From: Polyangiaceae bacterium
GTDB lineage: Bacteria > Myxococcota_A > Polyangia > Polyangiales > Polyangiaceae
Direction of reading: 5' to 3'
NCBI GenBank assembly: GCA_050287085.1
Contig: JBNKBE010000001.1
Coordinates: 256,001-320,000, forward strand
Length of the DNA stretch: 64,000 nt
Shown here: positions 38,094-46,729 of the stretch, piece by piece
How positions within the stretch are numbered: position 1 is the stretch's first letter
How the letters are laid out: each line of letters begins with the position of its first letter
Notes under the pieces: generated by a model
Told to the model about the DNA's origin: nothing
The model's input: the letters and a program-made list of their open reading frames with translations, nothing else
The model's database searches: none
Made by a program: the position numbers and the translations under genes

Positions 38094-39035
38094 ATGTACG
38101 ACGTATCTGATATGGAGCGGCACCGACCGCTCTTGACGGGTCACTGCTATCGAATGCTGGGCTCGGTCTTCGATGCCGACGATGCCGTGCAAGAAACGCT
38201 CGTCCGAGCCTGGCGTAGCCGTGAGAACTTCGAGGGTCGCTCCGCACTTGCCTCGTGGCTGTACCGCATTGCTACGAATGTGTGCCTTGACTTGTTGACG
38301 GAGCGCAAGCGTCGCGCCCGTCCCGTGGAGGAACGCCCCGCAGGCACGATCGGTGAACCCCTCATGACGCGTCCTTCGGAGGAATGGTTGGAGCCCATTC
38401 CCGATGGCGACGTCGTGCCCGCGGAGGCGGATCCACACGTGGCCGCCGTACTGCGACAGAGCACGCGCCTAGCTTTCGTCTCGGCCTTGCAGCGCCTTAC
38501 AGGTAAACAGCGCGCCGCCTTGCTCCTCGTGGACGTGCTCGATTTTTCTGCCAAGGAGGCCGCGGAGTGTCTGAAGCTCAGCATACCGGCGGTCAACAGC
38601 GCGTTGCAGCGTGCTCGCTCGTGCGTTGGAGAGGGCGCACTCTCGTCGGTGGATTCCCTCACCAACGAGCAAACAGCGCTGGTCGCGCGCTACGTCGAGG
38701 CCTTTGAGGCCTTTGACATCGACAGGCTGGTGACCTTGCTTCACCGCGATGCTCATCTGTCCATGCCGCCCTACAGTTTCTGGGTTAAGGGCCCGACCGA
38801 CATTCATCGCTGGCTCGTAGGGCCAGGTGCGGGTTGTCGCGGGTCGCGGCTCTTGGCGACCAGTGCCTGCGGACTGCCTGCGTTCGGGCAGTACCGCCAA
38901 GACGCGAGCGGTGGATACAAGCCCTGGGCTTTGATCGTGCTCGAGCTCGACGGTGACCGGATCAACGGCATCAACAACTATCTCGATTCGGAGAAGCTCT
39001 TCCCTCGCTTCGGCCTTCCCATGCACCTGGAATGA
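38094..39035 (+). CDS. ECF sigma factor, SigG-like with C-terminal SnoaL-like domain
   Basis: HCYRMLGSVFDADDAVQET, WLYRIATNVCLD, WLEPIPD, VNSALQRAR; C-terminal LSMPP..PAFGQY..LFPRFGLP. Confidence 0.92.
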   Translation: MYDVSDMERHRPLLTGHCYRMLGSVFDADDAVQETLVRAWRSRENFEGRSALASWLYRIATNVCLDLLTERKRRARPVEERPAGTIGEPLMTRPSEEWLEPIPDGDVVPAEADPHVAAVLRQSTRLAFVSALQRLTGKQRAALLLVDVLDFSAKEAAECLKLSIPAVNSALQRARSCVGEGALSSVDSLTNEQTALVARYVEAFEAFDIDRLVTLLHRDAHLSMPPYSFWVKGPTDIHRWLVGPGAGCRGSRLLATSACGLPAFGQYRQDASGGYKPWALIVLELDGDRINGINNYLDSEKLFPRFGLPMHLE

Positions 39036-39060
39036 GTCGAGTTCTTTCTTGCGACGATGC

Positions 39061-39087
39061 CGATGAATTCGTCGCGTTTGTTGAGTC
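39061..39087 (+). promoter_or_regulatory. SigG/ECF56-type promoter upstream of the VOC gene
   Basis: CGATGA-N18-GTC. Confidence 0.72.
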
Positions 39088-39138
39088 GAAAGGGAGAGGG
39101 CGCAATGAGCGGCCTTCTTCAGAAAGGACTCCAAGACA

Positions 39139-39582
39139 ATGACTATGATTGAATCTGCAACACCCTACCTCATGCTCAACGGTCAGGGGAAACGCGCTCT
39201 TGCTCTGTATGCCGAGACCCTCGGAGCCCGCGTCGAGACCCTCCAGCACTTTGGCGACATCGACGATAGCTGCGACGAGGCGCAAAGAGGCATGATCATG
39301 CATGCGGCGCTGCGCATCGGTGACGCGCTGCTGATGATGAGCGATGGCCCCAAAGAAGCTACGCGCGCCCAAGCGTCGCCGGTTCCCGTTACCGTCAGTG
39401 TGGCTCTAGACTTCAGCGAACGCGAAGAGCTACGCCGATGCTTCGATGCTCTCGCCAAGACCGGCGCCACTGTCGTCCCAGTGACGGACGCACCGTGGGG
39501 TCTATTTGGCGCTTTGCAAGACGAACTCGGCGTGCACTGGATGTTCAATTGTGGCAACGACAGCCAAGTCGCGAAAGACTGA
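39139..39582 (+). CDS. VOC/PhnB-family (glyoxalase-like) protein
   Basis: TPYLMLNG, IMHAAL, LMMSDG, PWGLFGALQDELGVHWMFN. Confidence 0.9.
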   Translation: MTMIESATPYLMLNGQGKRALALYAETLGARVETLQHFGDIDDSCDEAQRGMIMHAALRIGDALLMMSDGPKEATRAQASPVPVTVSVALDFSEREELRRCFDALAKTGATVVPVTDAPWGLFGALQDELGVHWMFNCGNDSQVAKD

Positions 39583-39827
39583 GTCTTGCGGCAGGGCGGC
39601 TCGGCGTTCACGGTGATGTGGCGAGGGCGCGTAGTCGGCCCCGGTTCTGTTGGCGCCGAAGCCGAACACCGTGGAGGCATCGGCGCCAAGGCTCGCATTC
39701 CACCTCATCGGAGTCACTCGGTATGTGACCGCGAATGTGCTCTGGACGCTGGCGGTATTGCGAGGCGCCATAACGCAGGGGCATCGGCGACACTCGGGAA
39801 CAGAAAGTCCAAGCACTCGACCCTTCG

Positions 39828-39911
39828 GGCTAACAGGTATGAGCGTCGGACGAGCCCTCGGTCGCGACGCTCCCTCACCCTTGTCGACCCTCAAACGCCA
39901 CTTCGTTGGAC
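39828..39911 (-). other. Possible degenerate attC site after the Yip1-SPase gene
   Basis: Minus strand GTCCAAC...GTTTGAGGGTCG/CGACGCTCATAC...GTTAGCC, about 11 nt after the stop; spacer lengths are atypical. Confidence 0.35.
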
Positions 39912-39922
39912 GGCCCAGCGTG

Positions 39923-41078
39923 TCATTTCCGCGCATCGGAGAGCTTTTCTTGCACGCAGTCTCTGTACGGCGCCTGAAAGTCGAAGGGAAGCGATGCGAC
40001 GTCGGGTTCGGAAATGCTGAGTGTCGCTCTGTCGAATGGGAACCAAAGCGCCGTCACCTCACCGATGACATTCTCGACTGGTACCCCCCCGCCCCTCCTG
40101 TGATTCCAAGAACGCGAGTCGTAGCTATTGAGTCGATTGTCACCAACGACGAACAGCTCCCCTTCCTGTACCTCAAACCGCCGCTCCGGCTGACCGTAGG
40201 GCCATTCGAGGGTCTCATCGACGAACGTGAGGAAGGCGGTACCGTCCAGCGCTTCGAGATAGACGCGGCCGTCACTGCCGTCGACGTTCATGCGCCCCAA
40301 CTTGCATCGTCGAAGAGGCACGTCGTTTACGAAGAGTTCCCCATCGCGTTCGACTACATTGTCTCCTGGAAGCCCAATCACTCGCTTCACGAGTCGGACG
40401 TCGGAAGATGGAGCGACAAAGACGACTACGTCTCCTCGATTGGGCAGGTGGTTCAAGTACGCAAGGTTGTAGACCCAGGCATGATCACCAACCATCAAAG
40501 TGGGCGCCATGCCGCCCGCCGGGATCTTGACAGCCTCTAGAACGGCGGACAGCATCATGGCAGGGACCACAAGTGAGGCGAGTGGCAAAGCACCGGCGAG
40601 CACTCCGCGCCATCGTGTGACGGGGACACACACAGAAATCGCAAGGGCGGTTAGCCCCCAGCGCCACGGTTCAGCCACGAATGGGCCCAGTACCGGAACA
40701 GGCGCAAAAACGAGCGGCGCTGTGGCCCAAGCAAAGCAAGAGAAGATTCGCTTGAAACCCACTGCCACGCCAGTCAAGCGAAGCAGTCCAACGGCAACTG
40801 TGGAGAGCATCGGCAGAATCACCAGCGTACGGACAAGCGCACTGAGGGCGCCACCAACGAGGATGCGTTGAATCGAAGTGGGCTCAAAACAGAGCTACCC
40901 CCGCGCTTCCAGCAACTGAGCTGAATATGTGAACTGCGAGCGCGAACTTGAGCGGAGTTACGGCTACTCGCGTGGTTGTTGAGCACTCCAGGAACGTCCT
41001 GGGCCTGCGGATGAGCATCCACCACAGGGCTCCGAACGAAGCAGTGGAGTCCTTGGGATGCCTCAGGTTCTCGGCCAT
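39923..41078 (-). pseudogene. Yip1-like membrane domain fused to signal peptidase I (S26), frameshifted near 40886, catalytic Ser replaced
   Basis: ORFs 40884-41078 and 39923-40822 join if one T is removed from CTGTTTTGAG; IPAGGMAPTL in place of IPSGSMxPTL; VKRVIGLPGD and GDNRLNSYDSR intact. Confidence 0.72.
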
Positions 41079-41143
41079 CCGGGCTCCGTACCACGATCGC
41101 CGGATGCGGAACAGCTTGCCCTAGCGGTTGCGTGAAGCTCGGG

Positions 41144-41293
41144 TCTCAACGTCTCGGGTTAGCCTTCCGAGGCCAACAAGACAACCTGGCAGCTGGCAGC
41201 AGCTCCAAGAAGAGGCGGCACTTCGCCGCCTTCCGGCGGTTAACTGCCAGCAGGCGAGGCGCCTCAGGGACCCGGTTCAAACCCTTGTTGAGC
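41144..41293 (-). mobile_element. Integron attC recombination site (150 bp)
   Basis: Minus strand R'' GCTCAAC, spacer AAGGG, L'' TTTGAAC ... L' GGCTAAC, R' GTTGAGA; nested inverted repeats throughout; about 35 nt after the HEPN gene stop. Confidence 0.7.
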
Positions 41294-41328
41294 AACCAAG
41301 CGCGCAGTGGCATGTCGTTCAGCAGCCC

Positions 41329-42654
41329 TTACAAAGGGAGAGAAGTCGCCGAGAGGAGGCGTCTCGCCAGGTCTTCGATAAGTTTCAGGTCATAGTGAAG
41401 GTCAGCCACCTCCGCCGCGAAGGGGAGTAGGACGTCGGCGGATGAAGACTTCTTGTGGACGATCCGACAGCGAATTGCGTAGAGCCGTTCCGCAAGCTCG
41501 CGGCGAAGGTTGGCCTTGGGCTCTTCTACGCGAATTCGCTGGCTTACCAAGGGGGGCGTCAGGGAGGTGTAGAAGTCCTTGAACCCGTTACAGATTAACA
41601 GCCTGCGAAGTTCCTCGCTCGTGATAGCGGCCTCTACGGTCGCAACTAGTTGGTCCTTTTCCTTTCCGATTCCACGAGCGCCCGTCGCAAATCTGCCTTC
41701 GCCGAGTATCGTTGCGATCTCGGATTCCGCCATGTCGGCGAGGGCGTGTGATCGGCTCAAGAGCTTCTTTCTGATCACTGCGGCCTCCGCGAGACAGGAG
41801 AAGTGTGGGAAGAAGTACTCCAGGACATGATAGAGCGATAGGAAGGTGTTTGCCGCGTCGTCTTCGTTGAGCCTTGCGTGCAAGTAGAGCTGGGCGGGTA
41901 CGGACGGCGGGTAGCGGCGAAGAGTGCCGAAGGCTGGCGTCATGGGCGGACCGTCGAAACGCAGACGAAATGGGTATGGCACCTTCAATCGAGCCGCAAC
42001 CCGGCAGCTTAGCTCCAGCTCGAGAATGGCCGCTAAACCGAGGGTCTCAAGTAGCGTGATCGCTCCTTCAGCAGCCAAGGGCGCCAGACGTCGAATGCGG
42101 ATGACTGGAATGAGCGCATTTGAGTCGAAGACATTAATCGCGGGTGAGCCCGTGCGCCAGACGAGTTGCTCCCGGCAGGCGAAAGCAAGTTCAACTTCCA
42201 CATTCGGCGGTTCGACGGGAATGGGAATGATGGTGTCCGCCGGAGGCGTCTTTGGACCGACGCTTGACGACCCCAGGCCCAGGGACTTCTGAATCCAGTA
42301 AAACGGGTGCGCCAGGAAAGGGCTTGGTCTGGGCAGCAGGAGCTCGGCCTCCACCACCCCGCGTGACTCGGACCAGACGCCTTCGTACTTCTGAAGTGCT
42401 CTAAAGTGCTCAAACTCCGTCCCCAGCGCAAACTCAACCTGGGCTGCATCGCGGAGGAGTGCGTAGCCGGCAGAGCCGTCCCCCGGTTCGACGCACCAAC
42501 CATTGAACGCGTCAGAGAACCCAGTCGATTCGTCAGGCTCATCCCACAATTCGGTGAGTTTGAGATCAGCGCGCGAGGCTGCAGGAAAACCCATTGATGG
42601 CGCGGGCGCAACCCGGCTCGTCCTCGATTTGTCGGAGTTCCACCTCGACTGCAT
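41329..42654 (-). CDS. HEPN-motif (ApeA/MauJ-like) protein, putative RNase
   Basis: FLSLYHVLEYFF and LYAIRCRIVH (Rx4H) near the C-terminus; start uncertain (42654 or 42594). Confidence 0.65.
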   Translation of the reverse strand: MQSRWNSDKSRTSRVAPAPSMGFPAASRADLKLTELWDEPDESTGFSDAFNGWCVEPGDGSAGYALLRDAAQVEFALGTEFEHFRALQKYEGVWSESRGVVEAELLLPRPSPFLAHPFYWIQKSLGLGSSSVGPKTPPADTIIPIPVEPPNVEVELAFACREQLVWRTGSPAINVFDSNALIPVIRIRRLAPLAAEGAITLLETLGLAAILELELSCRVAARLKVPYPFRLRFDGPPMTPAFGTLRRYPPSVPAQLYLHARLNEDDAANTFLSLYHVLEYFFPHFSCLAEAAVIRKKLLSRSHALADMAESEIATILGEGRFATGARGIGKEKDQLVATVEAAITSEELRRLLICNGFKDFYTSLTPPLVSQRIRVEEPKANLRRELAERLYAIRCRIVHKKSSSADVLLPFAAEVADLHYDLKLIEDLARRLLSATSLPL

Positions 42655-43631
42655 GTTCCCGGCGCTGTGAAGCCGTCATCACGCCCAGAAGCCCTGGGCC
42701 ACCCCGAGCAAGCCCACCACCCCCCGGCGATCTTTTCGATGTTGTGCACCAGGGTGAAGAACTGTCACTGAGTGTTCACCTTATACTGTTCGAAAAGGAA
42801 GAGGCCGCGCATGCCCTTGTTCTGGAGATTGGCAAAGACTGGCTCGACGGCGCCCATACGCTTGCCGTAGATCTCGGGCCCAAAGGGGGTGTCGAATATC
42901 CGGCGCATGCGCTCTGCGGCGGCGCCGTGCCACGCGGGTCGTTTGGGCAGCGGGCCCTAGCGGCCTTTGATGATGGCGAGCTGGCGTTGCCGCGTGCGGT
43001 CAGGTTCACGCGGGCACCTATCGCGCAATGAGCACGCGCGGCACGCCGTGATGGGTGCCTTGAAGCGACGCGGTAGCCGCCAAAGAGCCTGTGGTTGCCG
43101 CTCTTCTTGTGACCCGCGGGGTAGTTCAGCCGTACCTGGCTCTCGTGGTCGCGAAAGTCTTCAGCGTGAAGAGTCGCCGCTTCGTCGCGGGCTCGCGCGC
43201 TTCGCGCTTGCGGCGACGCCTCGACGCGCGCTCCTTGCGCTCCCGCTGCTTGGGGCGGTCAGCACTCGCGAAGGCTGGCTCGCGGCGACGGTAGTCGCGA
43301 TCGGCGATGCTGGCGTGCAGCACTCTGGTGTGAAGAGCGTTCGCTTGGGCTTGGTGCGGCCTTTGCCGGCGCGGTGGAGCCGGCGCCCGGGGAGATTCGC
43401 ACCCATCCGCATCGCGCATGGGCGAAGGCCCCGCCGCTCGGGCTTGCGCGGGTCCTGCTGAACACTTGCTGGTGACGACCGTCACAACGCTCACGTGAAG
43501 CGGCACGCCCGGAGCGGTCGTTCAAGGGCGCGCGACGCTAGGTCGTTCTCAGGCGTGGTGAAGCCACCGCACCAGCCAAATGCCGTTGCGCGTAGCCTCC
43601 AATCACTTGCGTTCGCCACCCCGCGCCGACG

Positions 43632-44153
43632 CTAGGGACGCGCTTCAGGCAAGTCTTGAACACGCGGAAAGATGGAAACGGAGCGCAGCTTGAGCTCTCC
43701 GCCGTCCCCGCTGCGCAGCGCGAGCTCGACCTCGTAGCTCCGAGCGTGCAGGTCACCCGCCTGACTGTCCGAATAGGTGAGCTCTCCCCGAACCAAGGTA
43801 TCAGGCTCTCCGGCTTGCACCGCGACGTCGCGGAGCTCAAGACTGCAACCCGGCGCAAAGCTGGCAAGGTCCGTGGCCAAGCTCACAGCTTCCAGCCGAT
43901 CGAGCCTGTCCTGAGTCAACCACGGAGTCCGCACCGATATGCTTTCGCTCAACCACCCAGCTGTGCGTCGTTCGATCCGAGCTCGCCTCGCTGCGAGCGC
44001 TTCGCGCTGGCACGCTATCGCCTCGGTCAGCGCCCGGGCCTGCTCCTCGGCGCGTCGCTCGCGTGTATCGCACGCCAGGAAGAGGAGCGCGGCAACACTT
44101 GCCAACACGCAGCCACGAGCTCTGCGCGCCCGCTGCGTGGCTTTCAAGACCAC
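43632..44153 (-). CDS. Hypothetical lipoprotein
   Basis: Basic N-terminus, hydrophobic stretch and FLAC lipobox; overlaps the upstream gene end. Confidence 0.55.
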   Translation of the reverse strand: MVLKATQRARRARGCVLASVAALLFLACDTRERRAEEQARALTEAIACQREALAARRARIERRTAGWLSESISVRTPWLTQDRLDRLEAVSLATDLASFAPGCSLELRDVAVQAGEPDTLVRGELTYSDSQAGDLHARSYEVELALRSGDGGELKLRSVSIFPRVQDLPEARP

Positions 44154-45616
44154 AATCCCTCGAGCATTTCGCGACGCACCCCGGCACGCGAGAACGCGCG
44201 CTCCGCAACGAGGCGACAGTTCTCCGCAGTCGGAGGTGATTCGCTGAGGCGGCCCGCAATCTCCCTCGCGCTGCTGGCTCGTTGCATCACGCCCGCTTGC
44301 AAGTACTCTGCAAAAGCTTCTTCACCGCTTGGATGCGTCAGTAGGCTGCTCACCCCAAAGGCGAGAGCCTCGATGGCGCAGGTTGAAAACCCCGTAACGT
44401 GCCATGTAGCGATGCCAAAAAGCGCGTAGAGCGGCAGTTCGGAAGCCGCTACCACACTGACATTCGAAGCCAGGAGGCGAAGCTCCTGCTCGAGTTCGCT
44501 AGGTACCTCCGCCATCTGACGATGGAGCCGGACCAGCACCGTGGTCTCGCGCGGTAGCAATGACAACAAGGGCAGAAGCCACGACCGGTACTCAATGCCC
44601 TTCTGCAGAGTGACCAACACAACGGACCCGCTCGGGACGAGCCCTACCTGCGAAGCCGATAGCGCCGCGCGAGCTGCAGCTACTTCGCGACGCATCGAAC
44701 CTTGCTCCGCTCGAAATTCATTAAGCCACAGATTGCCAACCACATCGACGCAACCGGGGTCCAACGCCGGATTGCTGGCAAGCAGCAAACTGCGATCACC
44801 ACTACCCCAGACCCAGAAACGGTCGGGCTCCGGCGCCAAGCTATGCCCCGAAAGCGCGCCGACGTAGCCAAAATGCCCCGCCCCCTGAAGCCCGTGCTGG
44901 ACATCCACGACCGTCAGTCCGAGTCGGCGAGCAGCCACGATCGCACCGATCTGTCGGCCCCCATACCAACAGTCTACCATGAGAGCGCGAGCCCGCGCTC
45001 GGCGCAGCGTCCCTTCGAAAAAGCTCGCGGCCCGCAGCATGCGATCCAGCTTACCCGCCGTCGCCCGCCACTCGGAAGCCTGGCCCAATCGCTCCGCGGC
45101 CCACCGGCGGAATTGCTCGTACCAAGACGGCTCTGGCGTAACGGTAAAACGCGCTCCCGAGCCAGCCATCGCGACCGAAAGCGCCCGATCGACACTGCTC
45201 GCGAAGGGTGCGTGCAGTCGTCCGGGGCCGAGCGTCCATACGCGGAGCCCCTCCCCCAAGCTTTGCATGGCATCGTGCAGCGGATGAGCAAGCGCGTGGT
45301 ACGAGCCCCGCTGCAAGCGCACCACTCGATTTGCAGGCGTTAGAAGCACCGTCCGCGACGCAGGAGCGCGGTGCAATTCGACGCGTTCGGATACCGCCCG
45401 CAAGCGCTTATTCACCCGCGACCGCAGACTGAGACGCGCTGAGAGCGCCGCGGTGGCCCCCCCATGCAGTCGAAAGGCCAGCTCAGTCCGCACAAAGGGC
45501 CAGACGTTGACTCCGCGGTAGACCATCTCGTCGATGGGCAAAGCCGACGCCCCTTCTACCAGTGCTTCGGCGATTTGCAGACGCTGCATCGACGGCTCCT
45601 GGGGCATGGCAGACAC
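44144..45616 (-). CDS. GT-B-fold glycosyltransferase-like protein (candidate CMP-nonulosonate transferase)
   Basis: DVQHG, PDRFWVWG, VRLHR, FSTCAIEALAFGV; in an operon with neuA/neuB-like genes. Confidence 0.6.
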   Translation of the reverse strand: MSAMPQEPSMQRLQIAEALVEGASALPIDEMVYRGVNVWPFVRTELAFRLHGGATAALSARLSLRSRVNKRLRAVSERVELHRAPASRTVLLTPANRVVRLQRGSYHALAHPLHDAMQSLGEGLRVWTLGPGRLHAPFASSVDRALSVAMAGSGARFTVTPEPSWYEQFRRWAAERLGQASEWRATAGKLDRMLRAASFFEGTLRRARARALMVDCWYGGRQIGAIVAARRLGLTVVDVQHGLQGAGHFGYVGALSGHSLAPEPDRFWVWGSGDRSLLLASNPALDPGCVDVVGNLWLNEFRAEQGSMRREVAAARAALSASQVGLVPSGSVVLVTLQKGIEYRSWLLPLLSLLPRETTVLVRLHRQMAEVPSELEQELRLLASNVSVVAASELPLYALFGIATWHVTGFSTCAIEALAFGVSSLLTHPSGEEAFAEYLQAGVMQRASSAREIAGRLSESPPTAENCRLVAERAFSRAGVRREMLEGLWS

Positions 45617-45649
45617 GCGGTAGCGACTCCGAAGCTTCCTAACCGACGC

Positions 45650-46717
45650 TCAGGTTTGCGCCGATGGGATGAACATATCCCAGGTTAGAACATCGTCGGC
45701 AGCGATATCCACCAACGCGGCCCGTCCCAAGAGTAGCTGCGCGTTGGCCGGGGCAATCCCCGTTCCCGGACGTTTCGCGATCAACACATCCTCCGTGATA
45801 GGCGCCCCCCTTGGGATAGCACGCGCCGCGACGAGACTGCGACGCGCCTGCTTGCGGGCGGGCTCCTCGCACGGGAAAACCCGCTTCCTCCCTTCGCCCA
45901 ACATGGCGGCAATCGATGTCGTCTGCGCGCGGAATGCAACGACGTCGTCAGGGTCCATCGCGTGATAATGATCATTGCCCGGCAGCGACTTATCCAGCGT
46001 GAAGTGCTTTTCGATAATGCTGGCACCAAGCATCCACGCAGCGAGCGCGGCCAAACACCCCCCAACCGGCGGCACGTGATCGGACCATCCGATGGTGAGC
46101 TCTGGAAAGACGTTCGAGAGATGTTTGATCACTCGAAGATGCGCGTTTTCAGGGGGGGTGGGGTACTGCAAGATACAATGCAACAGGCCGATTTCCTGGG
46201 CTCCCGCGTTCTGCAGCAGAGCCACCGCCGCTTCGATCTCGCCCACGGTAGATGCCCCCGTCGAAAGCAAGATGGGCTTTCCCTTGGAGGCAACCCGTTC
46301 GAGCAGGAAGTTGTTGGTAATGTCCGCCGAGGCAATCTTGTAGAGCACCATGAGGTGATCGAGTGCGTCCGCGAAGCGCAGGTCAAAGGGCGTCGTCGCA
46401 AACAAGATGCCCTTCTCATCACATCGCTGTTTGAGTTGCTCGTAGTCCGCAACGTCGAGCGAATCATATCGTTTGAATAGAGCGTATTGGCTATCGGCCG
46501 CCTCTTTGCTTCTGTCCCAGTAGGCAGGACTATTCTTGCTGGCGAGCGTTTCCGCTTTGTAGCTCTGAAACTTGATCATGTCTGCGCCGCAGGCCGCCGC
46601 CGCGTCGACGTAGTCAAGAGCCTTGCGCAGAGATCCCTCGTGATTGACACCGGCTTCAGCAATCAGAAACGGTCGCTCCGGGCTGATTTCCACAGTTCCA
46701 ATCTTATTGATCTTCAT
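45650..46717 (-). CDS. neuB: Nonulosonic acid (N-acetylneuraminate-family) synthase with SAF domain
   Basis: IAEAGVNHEG, IKFQSY, KIASAD, WSDH, IIEKHFTLD, ARRSLVA..KRPGTG. Confidence 0.93.
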   Translation of the reverse strand: MKINKIGTVEISPERPFLIAEAGVNHEGSLRKALDYVDAAAACGADMIKFQSYKAETLASKNSPAYWDRSKEAADSQYALFKRYDSLDVADYEQLKQRCDEKGILFATTPFDLRFADALDHLMVLYKIASADITNNFLLERVASKGKPILLSTGASTVGEIEAAVALLQNAGAQEIGLLHCILQYPTPPENAHLRVIKHLSNVFPELTIGWSDHVPPVGGCLAALAAWMLGASIIEKHFTLDKSLPGNDHYHAMDPDDVVAFRAQTTSIAAMLGEGRKRVFPCEEPARKQARRSLVAARAIPRGAPITEDVLIAKRPGTGIAPANAQLLLGRAALVDIAADDVLTWDMFIPSAQT

Positions 46718-46729
46718 GAACGTAACTCC

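Noticed and set aside
39650..40540. 296-aa plus-strand ORF
   Set aside because: Antisense shadow of the signal peptidase-like gene
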